Source of the DNA: Candidatus Ozemobacter sibiricus
GTDB taxonomy: Bacteria; Muiribacteriota; Ozemobacteria; Ozemobacterales; Ozemobacteraceae
DNA: 64,000 nucleotides
NCBI GenBank assembly: GCA_003327425.1
Contig: QOQW01000007.1
Coordinates: forward strand, 71,901-135,900
Reading direction: 5' to 3'
The notes beneath the pieces are model-generated. The model had not been told where the DNA came from, ran no database searches, and worked only from the letters and a program-made list of their open reading frames with translations. The translations under genes were made by a program, and so were the position numbers. Shown here one piece after another: positions 20,300-30,223 of this stretch; positions within the stretch are counted from its first letter, which is position 1; every line of letters starts with the position of its first letter.

Positions 20300-21682
20300 A
20301 TGAACTCGACGCTCAAGGTTGGAATACTCACGCTGGCCGCCTGCGCCCTCCTCATCTACATGGTGTTCGTCATCGGAGATCTGCGCCTCACCGAGAAGGG
20401 CTACCGGTTCGTCATCAGTTTCTACGCCGTCAACAGCTTGAGCGTGGGGTCGACGGTCTCGATGGCGGGCGTCAAGATCGGCAAGGTCGAACGCATCGAG
20501 ATCGACGATGACCAGGTGCTCGTGCATGTCTATATCCGAGACCAGAAGCATCGCATCCGTCGGCGCAGCACCTTCACGATCGGCACGGCCGGTCTGATGG
20601 GCGAGAAGTTCGTCGAGATCATTCCCACGCGCGACCAGACCTCCCCCTACGTCGCCGAAAACTCGGTGGTCGAGGGGACCGATCCGACCCGTATGGAAGA
20701 GCTGTTCGAGCAGGGCAACGAACTGCTCAAGAAACTGCAGGGGCTGGCGGTCTCGGCCAAGGACATCATCGGCGATCCGGAGCTGAAGGCCAGTACCAAG
20801 GCCATCTTCAAGAACGCGGAGTCGGCATCCGAGCGGGTGAAAGAGATGCTCGCCTCGGTGCAGCAGCGGGCCGACAGCATCGTGAGCAATCTCGACGACA
20901 TTCTCAAGCAGGCCCGCGACGAGGTGGAACTCAATCGGGAGAACATCCGCCGCATGATTACCAATCTGCGCGACTTCAGCCAGCGGCTCAACGACATTAC
21001 CGATGACAACCGCGCCAACCTGCGGGAGATCGTCGAGAACATCAAGGACGTCTCGGAACGGCTCGATCAGATGATTCTCGATCTGAACAAGGATCGCAAG
21101 ATGACCACCGAGCTGCGCGCGACCGTGGAGTCGCTGCGCAAGGCGTCCGACAACGCCAAGGAGATCACCCGCGAGGTCAAGGAGATCATCACCGAGAAGG
21201 ATATCCGCACCAAGATCAAGACCGGGCTCGACGATGCCCACAAGATCGCCCAGGCGGTCGACAAGGTCTTCCTCAACATCAAGCAGACCCGCATCGACTT
21301 CAAATACCTGCTGCGCTACCACAAAGAGAGCGACACCTTCTTCTCCGACATGATGGTCGACCTCTACCCCAACGAGAACAGCTTCTACCGCATCGGGGTC
21401 GAAGACATCGGCGGCGATCCGCTGTTCAACCTGATGCTGGCGCGCGATGCCCAGCAGCGGCTGATCAAGCGCGCCGGCGTCATCAGCTCGAAGGTCGGCC
21501 TCGGGTTCGACTACCAGTGGGCGCAGGACATCACCTACAGCCTCGACTTCATCGACACCCGCGATCCGACCGTGCGCTTCACCAGCGGCTATGCGCTCAA
21601 GCCGGGGCTCAAGTTCCAGTTGCGGGTCGATGACATCGCCGACAAGAAGGATATCAACTTCGCCATCGAGTACAAGTTCTGA
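20300..21682 (+). CDS. mlaD: MCE-domain protein MlaD with extended C-terminal helical region
   Basis: N-terminal TM anchor + MCE domain (…SVGSTVSMAGVKIGKVERIEID…) followed by ~300 aa of coiled-coil-rich sequence; position after mlaE-mlaF. Confidence 0.75.
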   Translation: MNSTLKVGILTLAACALLIYMVFVIGDLRLTEKGYRFVISFYAVNSLSVGSTVSMAGVKIGKVERIEIDDDQVLVHVYIRDQKHRIRRRSTFTIGTAGLMGEKFVEIIPTRDQTSPYVAENSVVEGTDPTRMEELFEQGNELLKKLQGLAVSAKDIIGDPELKASTKAIFKNAESASERVKEMLASVQQRADSIVSNLDDILKQARDEVELNRENIRRMITNLRDFSQRLNDITDDNRANLREIVENIKDVSERLDQMILDLNKDRKMTTELRATVESLRKASDNAKEITREVKEIITEKDIRTKIKTGLDDAHKIAQAVDKVFLNIKQTRIDFKYLLRYHKESDTFFSDMMVDLYPNENSFYRIGVEDIGGDPLFNLMLARDAQQRLIKRAGVISSKVGLGFDYQWAQDITYSLDFIDTRDPTVRFTSGYALKPGLKFQLRVDDIADKKDINFAIEYKF

Positions 21683-21701
21683 ACGGAAGGGACGGACCGA
21701 C

Positions 21702-22715
21702 ATGACGCCTGCGGGATTGCCGCGGATTCTTCTGGTGTCGACCGGCGGGACCATCACCATGGTCCATGATCCGGTGAAGGGATTGGCGCCATGTCAGGAC
21801 GCCTCCTTGTTGCTGGAACGGGTGCCCGAGCTGCGCGCGCTGGCCCAGGTCGACCTCCTGCCGCTGGCCGACATCGACTCGTCGAATCTGCAGCCCGACC
21901 TGTGGTTGCGGCTGGCGCGCGCCATCCATGAGCGGATGCCGTTCTATGACGGCTTCGTGGTCACCCATGGCACCGACACCATGGCCTACACCGGCGCCGC
22001 GCTGGCCTTCATGCTGCAGGAGCTGCCCAAGCCGGTGGTGCTGACCGGCTCCCAGGTGCCGCTCGAGGACATCGGCTCGGACGGCCGGACCAACCTGATC
22101 AACGCCTTCCGGGTGGCCATCCTCGATCTGGCCGAGGTGGTCATCGTGTTCGGGGCGCAGATCATCCGGGGAACGCGGGCCAAGAAGACCTCGGCCTTCG
22201 ACATGCAGGCCTTCACCACCGTCAACGAGGTGCCGCTGGGGACGATCGGGTTGACCATCCGGCTGCATGGGCCCTGCCATCGCCGCAGCAAGCGCAAGCC
22301 CCTGCTGCGCCCGTTTCTCGATCCCGATGTAGCGATGATGCCGGTGTACCCCGGCATCAAGCCGGCGGTGGTCGCGCACCTGGCCGCCACCCACCATGGG
22401 CTGGTGCTGGAAGGCTACGGCGCCGGGAACCTGCCGACCGAAGGCGACGCCTCGCTCTGCCCGGCCATCGCCGCCGCCACCGCCGCCGGCACGCCGGTCG
22501 TGGTCTGCACGCAATGCCTGGTCGGATCGACCGAGATGGAATTGTACCAGGTCGGGCGGGCGGCGTTGCAGGCCGGAGCGATTCCCGCCATGGACATGAC
22601 CCCCGAGACGACCCTGGTCAAGCTGATGTGGGTGCTGGGCCAGGGCCGCGACCTGGCGACCGTCGAATCGATGATGCAGAAATCGTTCGTCGGGGAGGTG
22701 CACGAGGTCGGATGA
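21702..22715 (+). CDS. ansA: L-asparaginase (type I)
   Basis: ILLVSTGGTITMV threonine-containing active-site motif; 337 aa. Confidence 0.8.
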   Translation: MTPAGLPRILLVSTGGTITMVHDPVKGLAPCQDASLLLERVPELRALAQVDLLPLADIDSSNLQPDLWLRLARAIHERMPFYDGFVVTHGTDTMAYTGAALAFMLQELPKPVVLTGSQVPLEDIGSDGRTNLINAFRVAILDLAEVVIVFGAQIIRGTRAKKTSAFDMQAFTTVNEVPLGTIGLTIRLHGPCHRRSKRKPLLRPFLDPDVAMMPVYPGIKPAVVAHLAATHHGLVLEGYGAGNLPTEGDASLCPAIAAATAAGTPVVVCTQCLVGSTEMELYQVGRAALQAGAIPAMDMTPETTLVKLMWVLGQGRDLATVESMMQKSFVGEVHEVG

Positions 22716-24367
22716 ACGGACCGCGCTGTCCTTCCTGCGGGGGGGAGAACCGCCCCGAGGCCGCCTACTGCACGATGTGCGGCGGGGATCTGACCTCGCC
22801 GGGGCTGGACGCCCGCGGCCGGGTGCTGTTCTTCTCGACCCCGTTCGTGTTCCTGCTGGTCGGGATCATGGTCGCCGTCGATCTGGGGCTCGACAACCCC
22901 GTCGAAGCGGGAGCGACGATCGGTCTCTCGTTCCTATCGATGGTCTACCTGGTCCTGGGGGGGAGCGCCTGGATTCTCTGCCGCAGTTTCGGCATCCCCT
23001 TCCGGCCGACCATGCCCTGGCGCGCCGGGGTGTTCGGCACCTTCCAGCTCATCGCCTGCGTGCTGCTCGCCCTGCCTCTCCAGGAATACCTGATGCCGGG
23101 CGGAATGCCGTCGCTGACCTTCCATGACGAAGAACGGCTCAAGCTGGGGTTGATCTTCGCCGTCTTCCTGCCGCTGGGCCTGCTGGGCCTGTCCCTGCTG
23201 ATCGGCCGCGATCAGGCGTCGGTGGGCCCGAACGCGGCGGAGCTGTCGAGCTGGGGAAGGCGTTGGCGGGCGCTCAGCCGGTTCGGGGCCGTTCCCGTGT
23301 TCCTGGGAACGTTGCTGGGGTCGGTGGCCTTGGTGCTCGGACTGCCGGTCCATCAGCGGGAGTTCCTGTTCGCTCGGGTGGCGGCCGACTTCCAGCTGGT
23401 GGGGACGGCGCTGGCCAACCTCGATCGGGCTCTGGCCGAGCAGCCGGAATATGCGCCGGCCCTGCATCTGCGCGGTTTGCTGCGTGTGGCCGGGCCCGAC
23501 CGCGAGCGGGCCGGCGACGGCCTGCGGGACCTGCAGGAAGCGGTCCGGCTGGCCCCGACCCAGGCTCGCTATCGGCTGGGCCTGGCGATCGGTCTCGACC
23601 AGCTGGGGCGGACCAAGGAAGCCTTGGATACTGCCTCGGCGGCCGTCGATCTGAAGCCGTTCGATCCCGCCCTGTGGGTCGCCCTCGCCGATCTGCGGCT
23701 GAAGGCCCAGGATCGCCCGGGAGCGGTGGCCGCCTATCGCGAGGCCCTGCGCCGCGATCCGGACGATGCCCGCACCCTCAACAACCTCGCCTACACCCTG
23801 CTCGAACTGAACCAGGACCTGGGCACCGCCCTCGAGCTGGCCCGGGCCTCGGTCGCCCGGTTGCCCAACCATGTCTTCAATCTCGATACCCTGGCCTGGG
23901 CCCTGTACAAGAACGGGCAGGTCGGGGAAGCCTACCAGGTCATGCTCGAGATCCGCGAGGCGGTCGCCACTCCGTCGGCCGAGATCGAGTTCCATCATGC
24001 CGTCATCAGCCATGCGCTCGGACTGCTCGGCGAACCGCGGAAGACCTTCGAAGCCCTGTGGGAACGCCCCGATGTGCAGGGCGATCCCATGCTGCGGCAG
24101 GAGATCACCCAGTACATCGCATCGCTGGGGGTGGCCATCCGTCGCATCGAGGATGACGCCGCCTCACGGCCGACGGCGCTGGGGTCGCCGGCCGAGCGGC
24201 CTCCGGTCATCGGGCCGGCTTCGGCTGCCCTGGACGGCTCGGCCGAGGAGGCGGTCCCCGCCCCGGCGGCCGATCCTGCGTCGGCCGGGGCTCCGATGAC
24301 CCCGGAGGGCGGGCAAGAAGAGCTGCTCGGGGCTGGACCCAGCGGCGGGAAGGATGGCGGGCCATGA
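22712..24367 (+). CDS. Zinc-ribbon / multi-TM / TPR-repeat protein
   Basis: N-terminal CPSCGG…CTMCGG zinc ribbon, 4-6 hydrophobic helices, then TPR repeats (…AYREALRRDPDDARTLNNLAYTLL…); ATGA overlap with ansA stop. Confidence 0.6.
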   Translation: MNGPRCPSCGGENRPEAAYCTMCGGDLTSPGLDARGRVLFFSTPFVFLLVGIMVAVDLGLDNPVEAGATIGLSFLSMVYLVLGGSAWILCRSFGIPFRPTMPWRAGVFGTFQLIACVLLALPLQEYLMPGGMPSLTFHDEERLKLGLIFAVFLPLGLLGLSLLIGRDQASVGPNAAELSSWGRRWRALSRFGAVPVFLGTLLGSVALVLGLPVHQREFLFARVAADFQLVGTALANLDRALAEQPEYAPALHLRGLLRVAGPDRERAGDGLRDLQEAVRLAPTQARYRLGLAIGLDQLGRTKEALDTASAAVDLKPFDPALWVALADLRLKAQDRPGAVAAYREALRRDPDDARTLNNLAYTLLELNQDLGTALELARASVARLPNHVFNLDTLAWALYKNGQVGEAYQVMLEIREAVATPSAEIEFHHAVISHALGLLGEPRKTFEALWERPDVQGDPMLRQEITQYIASLGVAIRRIEDDAASRPTALGSPAERPPVIGPASAALDGSAEEAVPAPAADPASAGAPMTPEGGQEELLGAGPSGGKDGGP

Positions 24368-25635
24368 AGCGGGGCTGGCGTCTCTGCCTGCTCATCGCCT
24401 GGTGGTCGAGCCTGTGGCTGGCGGCGTCGGCCCGGGCCGCCCTGCATGTCGACACCAGCTATGCCGGCCGTTACCGGGGCCACCCCGAATATGCCCGTTT
24501 CCTGGCCGACCTGCCCTTCGTCTATCAGGAAGCGCTGCAGCGGATCAACCACTCGCTGGGCATCCCGATCATCGAGGACCTGCAGGTGATCGTGGTCTTC
24601 TCCGACCATCTGACCCACAATGGCATGCGCCTGCGGGGCAAACGACGGTCGGTCATCGGCTCGGAAGGCCGGATTCTGCATTACATCTACCTCGATCTCC
24701 AATTCTTGATGGAGGGGCAGGCCACTCTGATCGAAGAGATGACCCATGAATTGACCCATGCGGTGATGGCCCAGATCATGGGGCTCGACCGCTATGACGC
24801 CTTGCCGATGTGGGTCAAGGAAGGCACAGCGGTGCATGCGGCCGATCAGGGCCTTGCTCGCATCAAAGCCCTGATGCGGCGGGGGTTCGACCTGTCGTTC
24901 CTCGCCAACGAAGACGAAAGCGATGATGGCAACCCCATCTCTCTCGAGAAATACGTCGCCAACTACCTGAAAGTGCAGTTCCTGCTGAAGACCTACGGGA
25001 TGCCAGCCTTCCATCGCTTCATCCAGGAGCTGCTCAAGAGTGGAGATGTGCGGCGCGAGCTGCGTCTGTGCTTCAACGGCCTGACCGAGGACGTGATGAC
25101 GCGCTATGCCAACGACTATGTGGCCCGCACGCTGATCGCCAATGCGCAGCCCGTCCATGCCCGGGAACAACTGGCCAGGGGCATGCGATTCTTCGAGGAG
25201 AAGGAATACCTGTCGGCGCGGCTGGCGCTGACTGACGCGCTCTATGGCGGGCTGACCGACAAGGAGTTCCAGAAAGCCGCCTACCTGCTGGCCGAATGCT
25301 ACATTCAAGAACGCAATCCGCAGTCGGCGTTCTCTTTTCTGCAACGCATCAAGCCCGACCCCAGGTCCATCCCCATCGACCGTTACAAATTCTTGAGCGC
25401 CTATACCCAGTATGCCATGGGGCTGTCTTCCGAAGCCTACCTGGGATTCCGAGAGGCCTATGCGACCTCGCGATCGCTGGCGGTGCGGGAAGGAGCTCTC
25501 TATTACATCATCCGCATCCTGGTCGAGGTGGGCAATTTCGAAGAGGCCGCCCGGGTGCTGAACTTCTTGCGCACACAATTCCCGACCAGCACCTACATCC
25601 CGCTGGCGACGAGGGTCTACGCCGCCCGACGGTAG
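24364..25635 (+). CDS. Putative secreted zinc metallopeptidase (HEXXH) with C-terminal TPR-like repeats
   Basis: Signal peptide; MTHELTHAV HEXXH motif; C-terminal helical repeats; ATGA overlap with upstream gene. Confidence 0.5.
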   Translation: MKRGWRLCLLIAWWSSLWLAASARAALHVDTSYAGRYRGHPEYARFLADLPFVYQEALQRINHSLGIPIIEDLQVIVVFSDHLTHNGMRLRGKRRSVIGSEGRILHYIYLDLQFLMEGQATLIEEMTHELTHAVMAQIMGLDRYDALPMWVKEGTAVHAADQGLARIKALMRRGFDLSFLANEDESDDGNPISLEKYVANYLKVQFLLKTYGMPAFHRFIQELLKSGDVRRELRLCFNGLTEDVMTRYANDYVARTLIANAQPVHAREQLARGMRFFEEKEYLSARLALTDALYGGLTDKEFQKAAYLLAECYIQERNPQSAFSFLQRIKPDPRSIPIDRYKFLSAYTQYAMGLSSEAYLGFREAYATSRSLAVREGALYYIIRILVEVGNFEEAARVLNFLRTQFPTSTYIPLATRVYAARR

Positions 25636-25746
25636 ACCCGAACCGTCGTTGCGCCTACGCCCCCGGAGACGCGGAGTTCGAAGAACCCGCCGCGAGGATC
25701 TTCTTCCAAGCCGTGGTGAGAGAAATTTGTATCCGGCTGGCGCCGT

Positions 25747-25775
25747 TTGACAGGGACGGATGGGCGTGGTACCCT
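25747..25775 (+). promoter_or_regulatory. Sigma70-like promoter upstream of punA (TTGACA-17-TACCCT)
   Basis: Consensus -35 TTGACA (25747..25752), 17-nt spacer, weak -10 TACCCT; about 60 nt upstream of punA ATG. Confidence 0.35.
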
Positions 25776-25837
25776 GCGATTCCCCGCTGGCCGCCGCCAG
25801 CGAGGAGGATGTTCCATTCCACCCGGAGAGGCCCTCC

Positions 25838-26653
25838 ATGAAACAGAAGATTGCCGAGGCCGTCCAATACCTGAAGAATCGGGTCTTTCGCACGCCCACC
25901 ATCGCGGTGGTGCTGGGATCGGGGCTGGGCAGCTTCGCCGACCATCTCGAGACGAAGACGGCGGTCCCCTACCACGACATTCCGCACTTCCCGGTGTCGA
26001 CGGTGAAAGGACATGCCGGGCAGCTCGTCTTCGGCACCTGGGCTGGCAAGGAACTCGTCGTGATGCAGGGGCGGTTCCACTGCTACGAAGGCTATGCCAT
26101 GTCCGAAGTGACGTTCCCGATCCGGGTCATGCATGCCCTGGGAGCCCATGACCTGATCATCACCAACGCCTCGGGCGGGTTGAATCGGAATTTCCAGGTC
26201 GGCGACCTGATGGTGATGACCGATCACATCAATTTCATGGGGCAGAATCCGCTGATCGGGCCCAACGACGACTCCCTCGGACCTCGTTTCCCGCCGATGC
26301 AGGGCGTCTATACCCCCGAACTGGTCGATCTCGCCATGAAGATCGGCCGCGAGATCGGCGCCCCGATGCAGAAGGGCGTGTATCTGGCGGTCACTGGCCC
26401 CACCTATGAGACGGCCGCCGAGCTGCGGGCCTTTCGGCTGCTGGGCGCCGATGCGGTGGGCATGTCGACGGTGCCCGAGGTGATCGTCGCCGTCCATGCT
26501 GGCATGAAGCGGATTCTCGGCATCAGTTGCGTGACCGACATGGCCACCGGCGAAGGGCATGAAGCGGTCGACCACGAGCTGGTGGTCAAGGCCGCCGCCG
26601 CCGCGCAGCCCTACTTCCTGAAGCTTCTCCAGAACGTGATCGCCTCGTTGTGA
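25838..26653 (+). CDS. punA: Purine nucleoside phosphorylase (PunA/PNP-I family)
   Basis: VVLGSGLG phosphate-binding start, GRFHCYEGY and MSTVPE motifs typical of trimeric PNP. Confidence 0.85.
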   Translation: MKQKIAEAVQYLKNRVFRTPTIAVVLGSGLGSFADHLETKTAVPYHDIPHFPVSTVKGHAGQLVFGTWAGKELVVMQGRFHCYEGYAMSEVTFPIRVMHALGAHDLIITNASGGLNRNFQVGDLMVMTDHINFMGQNPLIGPNDDSLGPRFPPMQGVYTPELVDLAMKIGREIGAPMQKGVYLAVTGPTYETAAELRAFRLLGADAVGMSTVPEVIVAVHAGMKRILGISCVTDMATGEGHEAVDHELVVKAAAAAQPYFLKLLQNVIASL

Positions 26654-26657
26654 TCCC

Positions 26658-27737
26658 ATGTTCGACAAGCTCGCCGCCCTCTGCGCCCTGTACGACGATC
26701 TGACGACGAAACTGTCCGATCCCGCGGTGCTCGGCAACCCTGCCGAGCTCCAGAAGATCGCCAAGAAACGGGCCGAACTCGAACCGATCAAGACCGCCTA
26801 TTCGGAGTTCGCCGCCGTGCGGCGCCAGCTCGAAGAAGCTGAACAGCTGCTGGGCACCGAGACCGACCCCGAGATGCGCGCCATGGCCGAAGAAGAGACG
26901 GTCGCGTTGCGGAAGCGGCTGGCCGCGCTCGGGCAGGAGCTGAAGCTCTTGCTGATCCCCAAAGACGAGGATGACGGCAAGAACACCATCATCGAGATCC
27001 GGGCGGGTACTGGCGGCGAAGAGGCGGCCTTGTTCGCCGCCGACCTCTACCGCATGTACAGCCGCTATGCCGATCGGCAGGGCTGGAAGTGCGAGGTGAT
27101 GAGCCTCAGCGAGACCGGCCTGGGCGGCATCAAAGAGGTCATCTTCGGCATCCAGGGCCAGGGGGTCTATGGCAAGCTGAAGTTCGAGAGCGGGGTTCAC
27201 CGTGTGCAGCGGGTGCCGGAGACCGAAGCCTCCGGACGGATCCACACCTCGGCGGCGACCGTCGCCGTGCTGCCCGAGGCCGAGGAGGTCGATGTGCAGA
27301 TCGATGAGAAGGACCTGCGCATCGACGTCTTCCGGTCATCGGGGCCGGGGGGGCAGAGCGTCAATACCACCGATTCGGCGGTGCGGGTGACCCATCTGCC
27401 GACCGGCATCGTCGTCAGCTGCCAGGACGAGAAGAGCCAGCACAAGAACAAGGCCAAGGCCCTGCGGATCCTGCGGGCGCGCCTGCTCGACAACGCCCGG
27501 GCCGAGCAGGACAAGAACCGGGCCGAGAACCGCCGGATGCAGATCGGCACGGGCGATCGCTCCGAGCGCATCCGGACCTACAACTTCCCGCAGCAGCGCA
27601 TGACCGACCATCGCATCGGGCTGACCTTGTACAAGCTGCCCGAGATCCTGGACGGCGATCTCGACGAGACGATCCGCAGCCTGATCGAGGCCGACAACCT
27701 GAAGAAGCTGGCGGCGACGGCCGCCGAACCTGAATGA
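26658..27737 (+). CDS. prfA: Peptide chain release factor 1
   Basis: GGQ motif ([17 protein letters not shown]), RF1-type codon-recognition region ([14 protein letters not shown]). Confidence 0.9.
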   Translation: MFDKLAALCALYDDLTTKLSDPAVLGNPAELQKIAKKRAELEPIKTAYSEFAAVRRQLEEAEQLLGTETDPEMRAMAEEETVALRKRLAALGQELKLLLIPKDEDDGKNTIIEIRAGTGGEEAALFAADLYRMYSRYADRQGWKCEVMSLSETGLGGIKEVIFGIQGQGVYGKLKFESGVHRVQRVPETEASGRIHTSAATVAVLPEAEEVDVQIDEKDLRIDVFRSSGPGGQSVNTTDSAVRVTHLPTGIVVSCQDEKSQHKNKAKALRILRARLLDNARAEQDKNRAENRRMQIGTGDRSERIRTYNFPQQRMTDHRIGLTLYKLPEILDGDLDETIRSLIEADNLKKLAATAAEPE

Positions 27738-27765
27738 ATCCTGGAAGGATGGAAGGACCTCGACC

Positions 27766-28560
27766 ATGACATTGGAACATGCTCTGGCCAGCCATGATCT
27801 CTGGGTGATCCTGGGGACCGCCGCCTTCCTCGGCTGCCTGCATACCTTGATGGGGCCTGACCACTACGTGCCGTTCATCATGATGTCCCGGGCCGAGCGC
27901 TGGTCCTGGCCGCGCACCATGTGGATCACCTTCCTGTGCGGCCTGGGACATGTCGGCAGCTCGTTCGTCGTCGGGTTGGGCCTGGGGCTGGTCGGCATGG
28001 CTGCCTCCAGTTGGGAAGACAGCGTCTGGGCCGGCTGGCACGAATGGCGAGGCGCGGGCAGTGCCTGGCTGTTGATCGGGGTCGGGGCCGCGATGACGGT
28101 GCATGCGCTCGTCCAGCACTGGCGCGGGAAGGTCCATACCCATGTCCATCGGCACGCCGACGGCCGTCTGCACGTTCACGCGCATGCCCATGACCCCGCA
28201 GCAGAACACGCCCACGTCCATCTGGCGGAGGGGCCTCACTCGCAGGACGAGCCGTCGGATGCTCCTCCGACCGGGTCGCGGTTGACCCCCTGGATCCTGT
28301 TCACCATCTTCGTGTTCGGGCCGTGCGAGTCGCTGATTCCCCTCATGCTGGCCGCTACCGCGGTGGCCGGCATTCCCGGCAGCCTGCTGACCGCCCTGGC
28401 CTTCTCGGTGACGACGGTCGCCACCATCCTGGCGGTGGTCGGGGTGCTGCTGTATGGCGTCGAACGCCTGTCCCTCGGGTTCCTGGAGCGGCATGCCCAG
28501 GCGCTGGCCGGTGTTTCTCTGGTCCTGTGCGGGGTCGCCATCCGCTTCCTGGGCTTGTGA
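27766..28560 (+). CDS. Nickel/cobalt efflux transporter-like protein (NicO/RcnA family)
   Basis: GCLHTLMGPDHYVP and GLGHVGSSF signature motifs; His-rich loop HTHVHRHADGRLHVHAHAHDPAAEHAHVH; 6 TM helices. Confidence 0.55.
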   Translation: MTLEHALASHDLWVILGTAAFLGCLHTLMGPDHYVPFIMMSRAERWSWPRTMWITFLCGLGHVGSSFVVGLGLGLVGMAASSWEDSVWAGWHEWRGAGSAWLLIGVGAAMTVHALVQHWRGKVHTHVHRHADGRLHVHAHAHDPAAEHAHVHLAEGPHSQDEPSDAPPTGSRLTPWILFTIFVFGPCESLIPLMLAATAVAGIPGSLLTALAFSVTTVATILAVVGVLLYGVERLSLGFLERHAQALAGVSLVLCGVAIRFLGL

Positions 28561-28585
28561 GCGAGTCCGCCGGCTGGCGTCGTCC

Positions 28586-29464
28586 ATGACCGCGCGCGAG
28601 TGGCTGCAGACCACCGCCGCCGCCTTCCAGCGAGCCGGGCTGGCGGAGGGCGAAGGGGCGGCCGCCGAAGCCGGCCTTCTGCTCGAAGCGGTGCTGGGAG
28701 AGCCTCGCTTGCAGGTGATGGCCGGAGGCGCGCGGCGCACCCTGTCGGAGGCCGAGGAGGCGGCCCTGGGTCGGCTGGCTGCCCGCCGGTTGAGTCGGGA
28801 ACCGCTGCAATTCATTCTGGGGCGATGGGCCTTTCTCGATCTGACCCTCGAGGTCGGTCCGGGTGTGCTGATTCCCCGCCCCGAGACCGAAGACTGGGTC
28901 GACCGATTGCTGGGCAGCCCTCTGGTCGAGCGCTTCGGTGCTGATCCTGCCCTAGTCTTCGCCGATCTCGGCACTGGCACTGGCGCCATCGGATTGACCC
29001 TGGCCCGCCGCTGGCCGCGGTCGCGCGGGATCCTGGTCGATATCTCGGCTGCCGCCCTGGAGTTCACGCGGCGGAATCTGGCCCGCCATCCTGCTGAAGC
29101 CGACCGGCTCGCCATGGTGCGTGGCGATCTCTGCGGCTGCCTGCGGACGGGGGCGTTCGACCTCGTGGTGGGCAATCTGCCCTATATCGATCCCGTCGAC
29201 CTGCCTGGCCTGGAACCGGAAGTGCGGGATCACGAGCCACGGGTGGCCCTCGACGGCGGGCCTGGCGGGGTCGACCTGATCCGTCGGGTGCTGGCCGAGG
29301 TCGGTCGGGTCGTGCGGCCGGGCGGGCTGGTGGCCCTCGAGCATGGGCATGGCCAGCGGGCGGTGCTGCAGCGCCTGCCGGCTCCCGATCTCGCGCTGCG
29401 GGCGGCCTTCGATGATGCCGCCGGGCGTGAACGCTGTCTGGTCTGGGAGCGCCGACCATCATGA
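28586..29464 (+). CDS. prmC: Release factor glutamine methyltransferase PrmC (HemK)
   Basis: SAM-binding DLGTGTGAIG and catalytic VGNLPYI (NPPY-type) motif. Confidence 0.8.
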   Translation: MTAREWLQTTAAAFQRAGLAEGEGAAAEAGLLLEAVLGEPRLQVMAGGARRTLSEAEEAALGRLAARRLSREPLQFILGRWAFLDLTLEVGPGVLIPRPETEDWVDRLLGSPLVERFGADPALVFADLGTGTGAIGLTLARRWPRSRGILVDISAAALEFTRRNLARHPAEADRLAMVRGDLCGCLRTGAFDLVVGNLPYIDPVDLPGLEPEVRDHEPRVALDGGPGGVDLIRRVLAEVGRVVRPGGLVALEHGHGQRAVLQRLPAPDLALRAAFDDAAGRERCLVWERRPS

Positions 29465-30096
29465 GACGTATCACCATTCCCGCGTTGCTGGCCGACCGCC
29501 CCCAGTGGGAGGCCTTCGTTCAGGATCTGCGACAGGGCGGCGTGGCCGCGCTGCCCACCGACACGGTGTATGGCCTGGCCGCGGATGCTACCTCCAGCCA
29601 GGGCGTACAAGCGATCTACGAGATGAAAGGACGGGAGGAAGGCAAGCCGTTGATTCTGTTCCTGGCCGAAACCGATCAACTGGGCGAGCTGGGCATCCGA
29701 CCCGATGCCGTGCAGGCGAAGCTGCTGTCGACCTTCTGGCCGGGGCCGTTGACCGCCGTCTTTCCGACCCCGGCTGAATGGCAGGTGCGGTTCCCATTCC
29801 CCTCGCTTGGTATCAGGGTGCCCGATCATCCCGAGGTACGGACCTTGCTAGCGGCGTATCCCGGCTTTCTGTTGACGACCAGCTGCAACAAATCGGGGCA
29901 GCCGCCCTTGATGGATCCTGATGCCATCGCCGGGGAATTCGCTGGCTCACTGGCCTGGTTGCTGGACGGTGGCCCGCTGGTTCCTTCGCCGCCGTCGACC
30001 GTGCTCGATCTGACCGCTTCCCCGCCCCGCATCCTGCGGGAAGGCTGTTTGACCCGGGCGATGCTGGCCGCCAGCGGCATCTTCGGCAACGCGTAG
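29461..30096 (+). CDS. tsaC: L-threonylcarbamoyladenylate synthase (YrdC/TsaC type)
   Basis: ALPTDTVYGLAAD motif; 211 aa; ATGA overlap with prmC. Confidence 0.8.
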   Translation: MRRITIPALLADRPQWEAFVQDLRQGGVAALPTDTVYGLAADATSSQGVQAIYEMKGREEGKPLILFLAETDQLGELGIRPDAVQAKLLSTFWPGPLTAVFPTPAEWQVRFPFPSLGIRVPDHPEVRTLLAAYPGFLLTTSCNKSGQPPLMDPDAIAGEFAGSLAWLLDGGPLVPSPPSTVLDLTASPPRILREGCLTRAMLAASGIFGNA

Positions 30097-30167
30097 GAGG
30101 GGGCGGGCCGCCCGGCGGTCGAAGGGAAAGCGGCGGAGAAAAGGCGTTCCCTGCCGACAGGACAGGG

Positions 30168-30178
30168 TGTGGTAGAAT
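30168..30178 (+). promoter_or_regulatory. Extended -10 element (TGgTAGAAT) upstream of MCP gene
   Basis: TG-n-TAGAAT at 30170..30178, about 45 nt upstream of MCP ATG with GAGGAA RBS; -35 weak. Confidence 0.3.
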
Positions 30179-30223
30179 GTCGACGCTGCCCACCCGAATG
30201 AGGAACAACCGCCAGCGACCACC

